In this document: in pieces, positions 49,359 to 61,200 of the stretch
How positions within the stretch are numbered: the stretch's first letter is position 1
Layout: every line of letters starts with the position of its first letter
Assembly (NCBI RefSeq): GCF_964204645.1
Contig: NC_134028.1
Span: 23,990,345 to 24,054,344 of the forward strand
From: Tubulanus polymorphus
Taxonomy: Eukaryota > Animalia > Nemertea
Reading direction: 5' to 3'
Length of the DNA stretch: 64,000 nt
The notes under the pieces: model-generated
Databases searched by the model: none
Told to the model about the DNA's origin: nothing
Seen by the model: the letters and a program-made list of their open reading frames with translations, nothing else
Made by a program: the position numbers and the translations under genes

Positions 49359-52300
49359 AACAACAGTAGAATATGTGAAGTATTGATTTATTTTACATAT
49401 TACCTTTCTACAAATCAGTCTGATGTGTAACATGAGTTTACAAAAATTCACTGTCTATTTGAAGGGGCGGAATAAACTAAAGAAATAGTTGCTTAGTAGT
49501 TGAAATGTTGATTAATGAAAATTAGGTAATTTGGGCTCTGGGCCTGAGAAGGAACTATTCATATTTGAATATTTCAATAAAATGGCATCCTCCTGATTCT
49601 TTATATTGATTAGGCAAACTGTTTAGATTTGTTAAACAGATGAGTCATTTAAGTCCTTAAAGTTCCTTCTTGGAGTCTCATAAAATTTACGCTCCATTAA
49701 TTTGTGGTATTGATCGCGTTCAGCGTCTCAGTTTGACTCGTAGGTCGGTTGAAATACACGTAAATTGGGATATAATATCGACAGGATAGTTCAGATAAGC
49801 TTCATACTTTAGTTAAACGTAGCTTTGCTTAATTTGTAATAATCATATAGTTCATAGAATGAATTACTCTCTTAGTCTTTATTCGATTATTAATATTAGA
49901 AATAGTGATTCATTTTATATTTTATTGAGTGAAAATGATTTGCATAGCCTAAATGTTCAAAAGGGAGAGCGTAGTCAGTTAAACAGTTGCAACTTTAAAA
50001 CGCAATAAAAGGTTGTTGGAACGTTATTAGTTTGAACTCCTGAACTTGATTTTGATCTTTTTAATTTTGTTTATAGCGGTTTTAACTTCTTTCATTGTCA
50101 TCCATATCATAAGGTTGAGTGGCTTTCATACTAATCGGGGTGTTTTATAATAAACTATTATTTAGGTGCAGCAGTGAATTTGTAGCACTTTTTTTAAGTA
50201 AGCCCATAATTTCACAAATAAAAAATTCCTGATGATGTAGATTGTAATAAATAGTACAAAATACATAGAACATAATTAAGAAAAATACATTAAAAAAACA
50301 ATTGATAAAAAAATACATAACAAAAAAACAAATTAAATTATAAGTAATAAAAATAAACAAAACCAACAAACAATCAGTAAGTACTCTATATAGATGGGGC
50401 CTTCATCATCAGGCATTTTTTCTAATCAACTTAATCTAATTATTAAAGGTTCTTCTTTCATAGAACAACCTTCTCCGTGTTTCCCAACCTTTTGAGATCT
50501 TTTCTGTTGTTGTTTTAAGCGTTCTATCGGCTCAGTAATAAACAAAACAAATAACCATAAACCTTAACTAAATCAAACACACTAAAAAATATCTGTTTCA
50601 ATAGAATGCTTCAAATAACTGATGGAAGGTCATGCGTCCATTTACCTATATATCACACCCTATCACTGCTGTAACTGTTAATTGTTTTAGGGATAATATC
50701 TGGGAGATACATTTTACTCTTTTTTAGAAAGAATGTTAAACAGCTATAAACGTGATTAGTTATCGATAGTAAAATTATTGTCATGTTTTCCCTGAGATAA
50801 CGTTGTATTAAATGAGCGAACTGATAATGTTTGAAAATCTCAGGCAAAGTTAGAAAAACTCTAGTTATCTTGTAAAACTCTAGTTATCTTTGAAAATAAT
50901 TTTAATGAAAATGAAAATAAAGATTGATTAGCTAATCTCAAGCTTTCCAGAGTTAATCTTTAGGTTTTATCTCTGATTTTAATGCTTTTATGTTGAACTG
51001 TTTTTTTTTCAAATACAGTTCACCCCCATTGGTTAACGAAGAATTGATAATTCCTCGAATACAAAGCAAAGTTTGCAAAATTTCAGTTTTCTTGTAAATA
51101 TAATGTTAATGAAATGAAATTAGAGATCGATTATTTGAATGAATTTGTGGTTTTAGGTCCAGCTTTAATGTTTATATGCTGGAGATGTGTTTTGCAGTTT
51201 TTTGTATAAACAGAAATCTTTCTTACATTGTCATTTGCTGAATAGTTGATATGATAGAATGCTTCATATTTCATGAAATAATCAAGTGTCACTTATGCCC
51301 GGTGACATCTTGAAATGTCAAATTAATAGTCTTAGACATTCAGACTAGTCCCTATTGTCGGTGTTTTATGGATCAAAGTTTACAATTCTTTGTGTAATTT
51401 TGTTATTTTCCTATTGATTCAAATTGTATGAATCAGTTGCAGTGGAAATTTGAATGAAAACCTTGAAATACCTTGCATGATATGTGATGTTAAAAGCTAG
51501 TAATTTTATTATTGAATAATCTAAGTCATTATTATAAGGCTAAAAATGATACCTTGTTTTTCCTGATCGGCCAGGTCATTTCATAAATCAATGAAATTTG
51601 TAATCAGTTAATTTCTATCTGCTGGGTCTGTTATGGTTAGTTTGGTCATGATGTTAAAGTAATACCTTGGTAGATAGGTGGCCGGCCGGGTCAAATGTTA
51701 AAGAGTAAAAATGTAAATCAGATTGATTCATTAAATCTTACGCTTTCCGAGTTTCGAGTATTTGGCCAGGTTTATCTCTGGTTTTAGTGCGGGGAGCCAT
51801 GGACTCGAGAGTCCATGGTTGTGGGCCATAGGCGTTTCTGTTTTAGAGTCTATGGTTGGACCATGGATGTATAAACTCTAGTTTATATTTTATACGTCCA
51901 TGGTTGGACTGTTTTTGAAATACAGTCCACGTGTTTGAGGAGCTTACGTTATAATTCCTTGAGCACAAACCTGGCATTTTGTATAATTGTTGTACACTGT
52001 ATGAGAATAAATGTGATTGAAATTCTTTATCTGTTTAGCTACTCTGAACTTTGTTAGTTCACCAGTCAGTGGTTTTTTGTTATCTTGCAATCCACCTCTT
52101 TTTTCAACCCAATATTCCCACCAACATTGTGCGGAGACGAGGATGTCCGGAAAACATGATAATCCAATATTGGCAATACAGCTTACCACTTCAACCCGGA
52201 CACACTGACGCTTAGAAACGAGTGTTGAGCTGCCGAAGAGTAATTACGAAATTAGCAATCGTTTTGATTGTCACTATAGTCATTAGGGGCGGATCCAGAC

Positions 52301-52577
52301 CGTATTTCCAATACATTGTTTGTACGGTCTAAAATTTAAGTGCCCTTCGGCAATATTTTGTGACGGCATATATATTTCACCACCCGCTAATTTGATATTT
52401 CCACTGATGATCGGTCTGATTTTTATATACAGAAGCAGAGTCCTGAATAGTTAACTTTGCCTTTAAAAGTGGCTTTTGGTGTTAACATTACATGATTAAT
52501 TACATGAGATTTGTTTTCTCTTATAAAAATCATTGTTTTTATTTTCTCCATGCTTTCGGTAAATGTAGCCGATGACC

Positions 52578-55500
52578 TCCTGATGTCTCTAAGGTTCGAA
52601 CCCAGTAATTACTGATACTGGTTCAGAGTGGTCCTGATGCTGAATAAAGGATGTACAGGGGTATCCCGACCGTACAGTGCTGCCGCTATGCTCATCGTTA
52701 GCGGGATTTTCATACACTAACTTAAGTCAACTCTGGCAATCGACGTGCTGCCCAGTTGTACTCCGTGACCTTAGCTTGCCAGAGTTGACTAACGTTAGTG
52801 TATAAAAATTCCGCTAACGATGAGCATAGAGGCAGCACCGTACGGTAAAATATTGATATCTTAACAAAAGTAATAACTGATACTGATTCAGAGTGTCCTG
52901 ATGCTGAATAGAGGATGTACAGGGGTATCCCGTGTTCAAACCCATCAATTGCTGTGATTCAGAGTAGTCCTGATTCTGAATAGAGGATGTACGGGGGTGT
53001 CTCGGGTTCAAACCCATCAACTGCTGTGATTCAGAGTGGTCCTGATGGATAAAGGATGTACAGGGGTGTCCCGACCGTACAGTGCTGCCGCTATGCTCAT
53101 CGTTAGCGGGATTTTCATACACTAACTAAAGTCAACTTTGGCAATCGACGTGCTGTCCAGTTATTGTATAAAAATTCCGCTAACGATGAGCATAGAGGCA
53201 GCACCGTACGGTAAAATGTTGATATCTTAACAAAAGTAATTACTGATAACTGATTCAGAGCGGTACTGATGCTGAATAGAGGATGTACAGGGGTATCCCG
53301 TGTTCAAACCCATCATCAATTGCTGCGATTCAGGGTGGACCTGATGCTGAATAGAGGATGTACGGGGGTGTCTCGAGTTCAAACCCAGTAATTACTGATA
53401 CTGATTCAGAGTGGTCCTGATGCTGAATAGTGGATGTACAGGGGTATCCCGGGTTCAAACCCATCAATTGCCGTGATTCAGAGTGGTCCTGATGGATAAA
53501 GGATGTACAGGGGTGTACCGACCGTACAGTGCTGCCGCTATGCTCATCGTTAGCAGGATTTTCATACACTAACTAAAGTCAACTCTGGCAATCGACGTGC
53601 TGTCCAGTTATACTCCGTGACCTTAGCTTGCCAGAGTTGACTAACGTTAGTGTATAAAAATTCCGCTAACGATGAGCATAGAGGCAGCACCGTACGGTAA
53701 AATGTTGATATCTAAACAAAAGTAATTACTGATAACTGATTCAGAGCGGTACTGATGCTGAATAGAGGATGTACAGGGGTATCCCGTGTTCAAACCCATC
53801 AATTGCTGTGATTCAGAGTAGTCCTGATGCTGAATAGAGAATGTACGGGGGTGTCTCGGGTTCAAACCCATCAATTGCTGTGATTCAGAGTTGTCCTGAT
53901 GGATAAAGGATGTACAGGGGTATCCCGGGTTCAAACCCATCAATTGCCGCGATTCAGAGTGGTCCTGATGCTGAATAGAGGATGTACAGGGGTATCCCGT
54001 GTTCAAACCCATCAATTGCTGTGATTCAGAGTAGTCCTGATGCTGAATAGAGGATGTACGGGGTGTCTCGGGTTCAAACCCATCAATTGCTGTGATTCAG
54101 AGTGGTCCTGATGGATAAAGGATGTACAGGGGTGTCCCGACCGTACAGTGCTGCCGCTATGCTCATCGTTAGCGGGATTTTCATACACTAACTAAAGTCA
54201 ACTTTGGCAATCGACGTGCTGTCCAGTTATTGTATAAAAATTCCGCTAACGATGAGCAAAGAGGCAGCACCGTACGGTAAAACGTTGATATCTTAACAAA
54301 AGTAATTACTGATAACTGATTCAGAGCGGTACTGATGCTGAATAGAGGATGTACAGGGGTATCCCGTGTTCAAACCCACCAATTGCTGTGATTCAGAGTG
54401 GTCCTGCTGCTGAATAGAGGATGTACGGGGTGTCTCTGGTTCAAACCCATCAATTGCTGTGATTCAGGGTGGACCTGATGCTGAATAGAGGATGTACGGG
54501 GGTGTCTCGGGTTCAAACCCAGTAATTACTGATACTGATTCAGAGTGGTCCTGATGCTGAATAGTGGATGTACAGGGGTATCCCGGGTTCAAACCCATCA
54601 ATTGCTGTGATTCAGAGTGGTCCTGATGGATAAAGGATGTACAGGGGTGTACCGACCGTACAGTGCTGCCGCTATGCTCATCGTTAGCGGGATTTTCATA
54701 CACTAACTAAAGTCAACTCTGGCAATCGACGTGCTGTCCAGTTATACTCCGTGACCTTAGCTTGCCAGAGTTGACTAACGTTAGTGTATAAAAATTCCGC
54801 TAACGATGAGCATAGAGGCAGCACCGTACGGTAAAATGTTGATATCTAAACAAAAGTAATTACTGATAACTGATTCAGAGCGGTACTGATGCTGAATAGA
54901 GGATGAACAGGGATGTCCCGGGTTCAAACCCATCAATTACTGTGATTGAGAGTGGTCCTGATGGATAACGGATGAACAGGGGTATCCCGGGTTCGAACCC
55001 AGTAATTATTGATGCCGATTCAGAGTGGTCCTAATGCTGAATAGAGGATGTACAGGAGTGTCCCGGGTTCAAACCCAGTAATTACTGATACTGATTCAGA
55101 GTTGTCCTGATGCTGAATAAAGGATTACAGGGGTGTCCCGACCGTACAGTGCTGCCGCTATGCTCATCGTTAGCGGGATTTTCATACACTAACTAAAGTC
55201 AACTCTGGCAATCGACGTGCTGTCCAGTTATACTCCGTGACCTTAGCTTGCCAGAGTTGACTAACGTTAGTGTATAAAAATCCCGCTAACGATGAGCATA
55301 GAGGCAGCACCGTACGGTAAAATGTTGATATCTAAACAAAAGTAATTACTGATAACTGATTCAGAGCGGTACTGATGCTGAATAGAGGATGAACAGGGAT
55401 GTCCCGGGTTCAAACCCATCAATTGCTGTGATTCAGAGTAGTCCTGATGCTGAATAGAGAATGTACGGGGGTGTCTCGGGTTCAAACCCATCAATTGCTG

Positions 55501-57763
55501 TGATTCAGAGTTGTCCTGATGGATAAAGGATGTACAGGGGTATCCCGGGTTCAAACCCATCAATTGCCGCGATTCAGAGTGGTCCTGATGCTGAATAGAG
55601 GATGTACAGGGGTATCCCGTGTTCAAACCCATCAATTGCTGTGATTCAGAGTAGTCCTGATGCTGAATAGAGGATGTACGGGGGTGTCTCGGGTTCAAAC
55701 CCATCAATTGCTGTGATTCAGAGTTGTCCTGATGGATAAAGGATGTACAGGGGTGTACCGACCGTACAGTGCTGCCGCTATGCTCATCGTTAGCAGGATT
55801 TTCATACACTAACTAAAGTCAACTCTGGCAATCGACGTGCTGTCCAGTTATACTCCGTTACCCTTGCTTGCCAGAGTTGACTAACGTTAGTGTATAAAAA
55901 TTCCGCTAACGATGAGCATAGAAGCAGCACCGTACGGTAAAACGTTGATATCTTAACAAAAGTAATTACTGATAACTGATTCAGAGTGGTCCTGATGCTG
56001 AATAGAGGATATACAGGGGTGTCCCGTGTTCAAACCCATCAATTGCTGTGATTCAGAGTGGTCCTGATGCTGAATAGAGGATGTACAGGGGTGTCTCGGG
56101 TTCAAACCAGTAATTACTGATACTGATTCAGAGTGGTCCTACGATGCTGAATAGAGGATGTACAGGGTTATCCCGGGTTCAAAGCCATCAATTGCTGTGA
56201 TTCAGAGTGGTCCTGATGGATAAAGGATGTACGGGGTGTCTCTGGTTCAAACCCATCAATTGCTGTGATTCAGGGTGGACCTGATGCTGAATAGAGGATG
56301 TACGGGGGTGTCTCGGGTTCAAACCCAGTAATTACTGATACTGATTCAGAGTGGTCCTGATGGATAAAGGATGAACAGGGGTGTACCGACCGTACAGTGC
56401 TGCCGCTATGCTCATCGTTAGCAGGATTTTCATACACTAACTAAAGTCAACTCTGGCAATCGACGTGCTGTCCAGTTATACTCCGTGACCTTAGCTTGCC
56501 AGAGTTGACTATATAACGTTAGTGTATAAAAATCCCGCCAACGATGAGCATAGAGGCAGCACCGTACGGTAAAATGTTGATATCTAAACAAAAGTAATTA
56601 CTGATAACTGATTCAGAGCGGTACTGATGCTGAATAGAGGATGTACAGGGGTATCCCGTGTTCAAACCCATCAATTGCTGTGATTCAGAGTAGTCCTGAT
56701 GCTGAATAGAGAATGTACGGGGGTGTCTCGGGTTCAAACCCATCAATTGCTGTGATTCAGAGTTGTCCTGATGGATAAAGGATGTACAGGGGTATCCCGG
56801 GTTCAAACCCATCAATTGCCGCGATTCAGAGTGGTCCTGATGCTGAATAGAGGATGTACAGGGGTATCCCGTGTTCAAACCCATCAATTGCTGTGATTCA
56901 GAGTAGTCCTGATGCTGAATAGAGGATGTACGGGGGTGTCTCGGGTTCAAACCCATCAATTGCTGTGATTCAGAGTTGTCCTGATGGATAAAGGATGTAC
57001 AGGGGTGTACCGACCGTACAGTGCTGCCGCTATGCTCATCGTTAGCAGGATTTTCATACACTAACTAAAGTCAACTCTGGCAATCGACGTGCTGTCCAGT
57101 TATACTCCGTGACCTTAGCTTGCCAGAGTTGACTAACGTTAGTGTATAAAAATTCCGCTAACGATGAGCATAGAGGCAGCACCGTACGGTAAAATGTTGA
57201 TATCTAAACAAAAGTAATTACTGATAACTGATTCAGAGCGGTACTGATGCTGAATAGAGGATGAACAGGGATGTCCCGGGTTCAAACCCATCAATTACTG
57301 TGATTGAGAGTGGTCCTGATGGATAAAGGATGAACAGGGGTATCCCGGGTTCGAACCCAGTAATTATTGATGCCGATTCAGAGTGGTCCTAATGCTGAAT
57401 AGAGGATGTACAGGAGTGTCCCGGGTTCAAACCCAGTAATTACTGATACTGATTCAGAGTTGTCCTGATGCTGAATAAAGGATTACAGGGGTGTCCCGAC
57501 CGTACAGTGCTGCCGCTATGCTCATCGTTAGCGGGATTTTCATACACTAACTAAAGTCAACTCTGGCAATCGACGTGCTGTCCAGTTATACTCCGTGACC
57601 TTAGCTTGCCAGAGTTGACTAACGTTAGTGTATAAAAATCCCGCCAACGATGAGCATAGAGGCAGCACCGTACGGTAAAATGTTGATATCTTAACAAAAG
57701 TAATTCTGATAACTGAATCAGAGTGGTCCCGATGCTGATTAGAGGATGTACAGGGATGTCTCG
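52578..57763. repeat. Composite higher-order satellite: ~46 monomers of 69-76 bp interleaved with 10 copies of a ~178-bp hairpin
   Basis: Monomer GATTCAGAGTGGTCCTGATGCTGAATAGAGGATGTACAGGGGTATCCCGGGTTCAAACCCATCAATTGCTGT; hairpins begin ACCGTACAGTGCTGCC at 52669, 53074, 53521, 54140, 54655, 55141, 55761, 56389, 57013 and 57499. Confidence 0.95.
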
Positions 57764-57970
57764 ACCAATGCAATTGGAATTGAGATATTGAATAAGATTT
57801 TGTACTAGAAGTGGACAATAAATATAGAATGGCAGTAAAAAAGAGTTTGTCGTGATGGATTTTTGGTCCATGAGGAGAGGAAAATATTGCGAATATCCAG
57901 ATGATCTGAATCACTGGTTTTACCCAAGTCTGTCCCAATTCTGTCTGTATCGAGAATATAAGTAGAGATG

Positions 57971-58186
57971 AGACGAGAAGATACACAATATCCGTGTAAG
58001 AAGATAACAAGAGAAATCCCACAATAAGTTCAGCCAAAACGAGAAACTTGAATAGAAGAGTTATATATATTCATCAGTACGCCTGATGATGGCTAATAGT
58101 CTTTAGCCGAAACGTTGCGCAAATATATATAACTCTTCTATTCAAGTTTCTCGTTTTGGCTGAACTTATTGTGGGATTTCTCTTGT
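57971..58186 (+). mobile_element. Second Penelope-like remnant with hammerhead ribozyme
   Basis: Direct repeat TATAAGTAGAGATG at 57957-57970 and 58187-58200; ~68-bp inverted arms 58004-58071 / 58122-58189; shares the ATTGTGGGATT(T)CTCT end and the ATATCCGTGT tail with the 24.5 kb element. Confidence 0.75.
58080..58119 (+). ncRNA. Minimal type I hammerhead ribozyme
   Basis: CGC-CUGAUGA-U-GGCUAA(UAGUCU)UUAGCC-GAAAC-GUU-GCG. Confidence 0.75.
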
Positions 58187-58249
58187 TATAAGTAGAGATG
58201 TTGCGGTGGATCCAAATATCTGATCTCACAAAACACTGACATGGAGTTC

Positions 58250-61200
58250 AACTATTGTAAACTTTATTCAGACTTTAGTGATTTTCACATCATCATAAAC
58301 ACAACAATTCACTGAATATATTTCACATACGGTTGATTAAGAAGATTGAAGATAGAGACCGGTAACCAGTCTATTACTGAAGGTAGAGACCGGCAACCAG
58401 TCTATCAATATGGCAAGCTAGTATAAACGTTAGTTCACGTTTTTCCCGCTTACGTTACACATAGGGCCAGCACTAGACGGTTGGGATCTGATCATTAACT
58501 GTGGCAGGCGAATTGTAAGCTTACTTTTTCCGTACCGAAAGAGCTTACTTTCGCTAAAGTCTTATCATGGACTTCGTTTTGTCTGTGGACTTGTTGGAAA
58601 TGAGATGCATGTTAAAGCCATTTCGGAACTAGATCCAGAATATAAAACAAAGAATAAAACATGAAGTCATAACTTATATCCATGAAGTAACAGTTTTTAT
58701 TGCATTCAATGCAACAAAGATACAGTGTATATTGGTGCCAAGAGACATTGTCCTCAGTCCAAAGACAATATTATAATGTTATTACAATTATTCAGGCCTC
58801 AATTACAAAATAAACGTACAGTGAGATGCGAAGTTCGCATTTTATTATACAACCTTCACACAAATAATCATGTAATACAGAATACGTCTGAGCTTTTCTC
58901 GGTAGGAAAGAGAAAAAAGAACTTCTCAAAATGTTTTTTTTTCTTCGAACAACCTGTAAATGAATTCGTATAAAGTGTTTGACAAGACAATTCGACGACT
59001 ACAACCGTTTCAAAGACGTATAAATGTTTTCAATGTCGAAACCCTTTATTCATCATCATTTTCAGTATGTTTTTATGATTGACTTATGAGAAATTGAGCA
59101 AAGAACGATGAATTATTATCATAATGTACCGGTTTTCGTACAAAATATGATGTTTTACGAACGATAACGCGGAAACATAATCGAAATTAATCTACCGATA
59201 AGAGATGAATTAATCGCCTCTTGATAAAGAGACTAGGTTCAGACTAGGAAGAATGAAAGAAAAGCAAAAATGTTTAACGAGCGGCAGAAATGTTCTTTGA
59301 TCTGCTGCGCCGTGATAAGCGGCAGTATCAGTGTCGATCGAGTGTGGTGACTAGCGCTTACAGAACAGGTCATTGAAGACTGAACTATAGTCGTATGAGT
59401 GAGAAGATTTTCAAACCCGATTACGGTAATCAACGAATCGTACAAAAAAACTTGTAAATTCTACAAAAAATCATAACTAACCAATGAATATGAATTAACA
59501 CAAGCGTTTGGTGTTGCGGACATCTCCGCTGTCAAATGAGATTCCAGCGTCAAAATATGATACATAAAATTGCCACAAACCCTCATCGATTTCACGTTCT
59601 AATATAGCAATCGTCGTAATTTCACTAATTTTCATTAAATCATTAGGCAATATACATCATATACGTGGTTTTATTTTGTGTGTCATGGAACTGCAATACC
59701 TACTAAAATGTTATAATGCTTTTTCCATCATTAAGGCCCACATCACTTTTCGTCATATATTTATAAAAGATACTCGATAACTTTTTTTCTCATCTCAAAT
59801 ACATAATAACATTTCTTCTTTTTTTATATATGTAAAATAACAAGTACCTCCTACATTCGAATCCTTATTAAAAACTAGTACGGCTGAGAAAGATTATTTA
59901 CAAATTTCGCAAGTTTTATGGAGTCCTTATTTCCCATCGTATTCCGAGATTCGGCTACTCACGCGTATTTGGATTTGAAATGTCTTTAAACATGCCCGGC
60001 ATTTACTGTACATGAAATGATGTGCGATTCGATGATAGAATATCCCTCCAGCTGGAAAAGTATCTCGACTGAGGTCTTAAGACATCTGTCGATGAATGCT
60101 CGAAAATGGGGATTTTCAAAAGTCTGCCACCACATCTTATAATATCGAAGTCGTAAATTGCAGAACTGTCGTTTTCCGATGATAAAAGTCATAACTCGTC
60201 AATTCAAATACTGCGCAAACATAAATTCTGATTCTAATACTGAGAATTCGAGGATCGTTTCAAAATTCATTATTCAAATCGCGACATTGAAGCAATTTTA
60301 CAACAGATAGGGGTAGGGTTAACGTTTACACTACATTAAGAACCATTTCTACTGGGGCTGAGTTTCATCATTACTGATTGTTCAAAATACGTGTGAGGCC
60401 GCAATATAGTTAATCATTTTTTCCATTTATAAGTTAGCAAACTATTTACACACATTCTTACGAATAATTGCAGACATGCACAGATCGAATCGAACCGAAG
60501 AGAGCAGAGACGGAAAAGTTCGTTACAAAAATCGTCTCGGTGTCGTCTGGAAGTTATGAATAAAATTCTCTCTCGCTCTCATGTACTCTCTCATCAACTC
60601 ATTTTTCGAATATCATCGAAAAAAATTGATATTCGAAATACAGTGATATACAGCTCATACTATATACGTGTAGATTTCAGTACGCAACAAGTATGTCGTT
60701 TTCAATCGCCAGCAAGTCGTTCTTTTTGAAATAAGATTCTCTTTCAAAAACTTAGGAGACGTATTCATCGCTAGTGTCGACTTATCCGATCGAAAACATT
60801 TCGTTTTCAAAACATTGACGCTTTCGTCGAGTTCAATTCAACTTAGACTCGAGAATCTAAATGCAAAAACAACCACGACTGGCTGCGAATGAAAATCTCA
60901 CTATCATTTAGTGGAAATAATTAATAAAAGTGGTCACTTATAACGCTACACACTATATCTTAGTAGTAATTATATAACAGCAATAAACAATTGAAATTTG
61001 TTCCCTCGTTTATCTCAAGTCGAGTAACGAAGGATTTAATACACTGTACAAGAGAATATAATCAATCATAATAATAATAATAATAATAATAATTATAATA
61101 TCTAGAAATGCACAAATTGGTTTTCAAAATACGCACAAGTTTATCGTACAACATACAGCAAGGAAAATAACGCATTCAATGTTCACGTATATATCAAAAA

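Noticed and set aside
51790-51930. Short palindromes (CCATGGACTCGAGAGTCCATGG and neighbours)
   Set aside because: Consistent with a decayed small MITE; no defined ends or other supporting structure.
52610-52668. Functional tRNA genes or hammerheads within the monomers
   Set aside because: A/B-box-like motifs are present but I could not fold an acceptor or anticodon stem; CTGATGC/CTGATGG do not match CUGANGA and there is no paired GAAA.
52578-57763. CRISPR-like appearance of the repeat/hairpin array
   Set aside because: The intervening sequences are themselves repeats rather than unique spacers; there are no cas genes and the context is eukaryotic.
52814-57871. Repeated minus-strand ORFs (MYENPANDEH..., up to 180 aa)
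   Set aside because: By-products of 69/72-nt monomers; frames break differently between copies and resemble no protein family I recognise.
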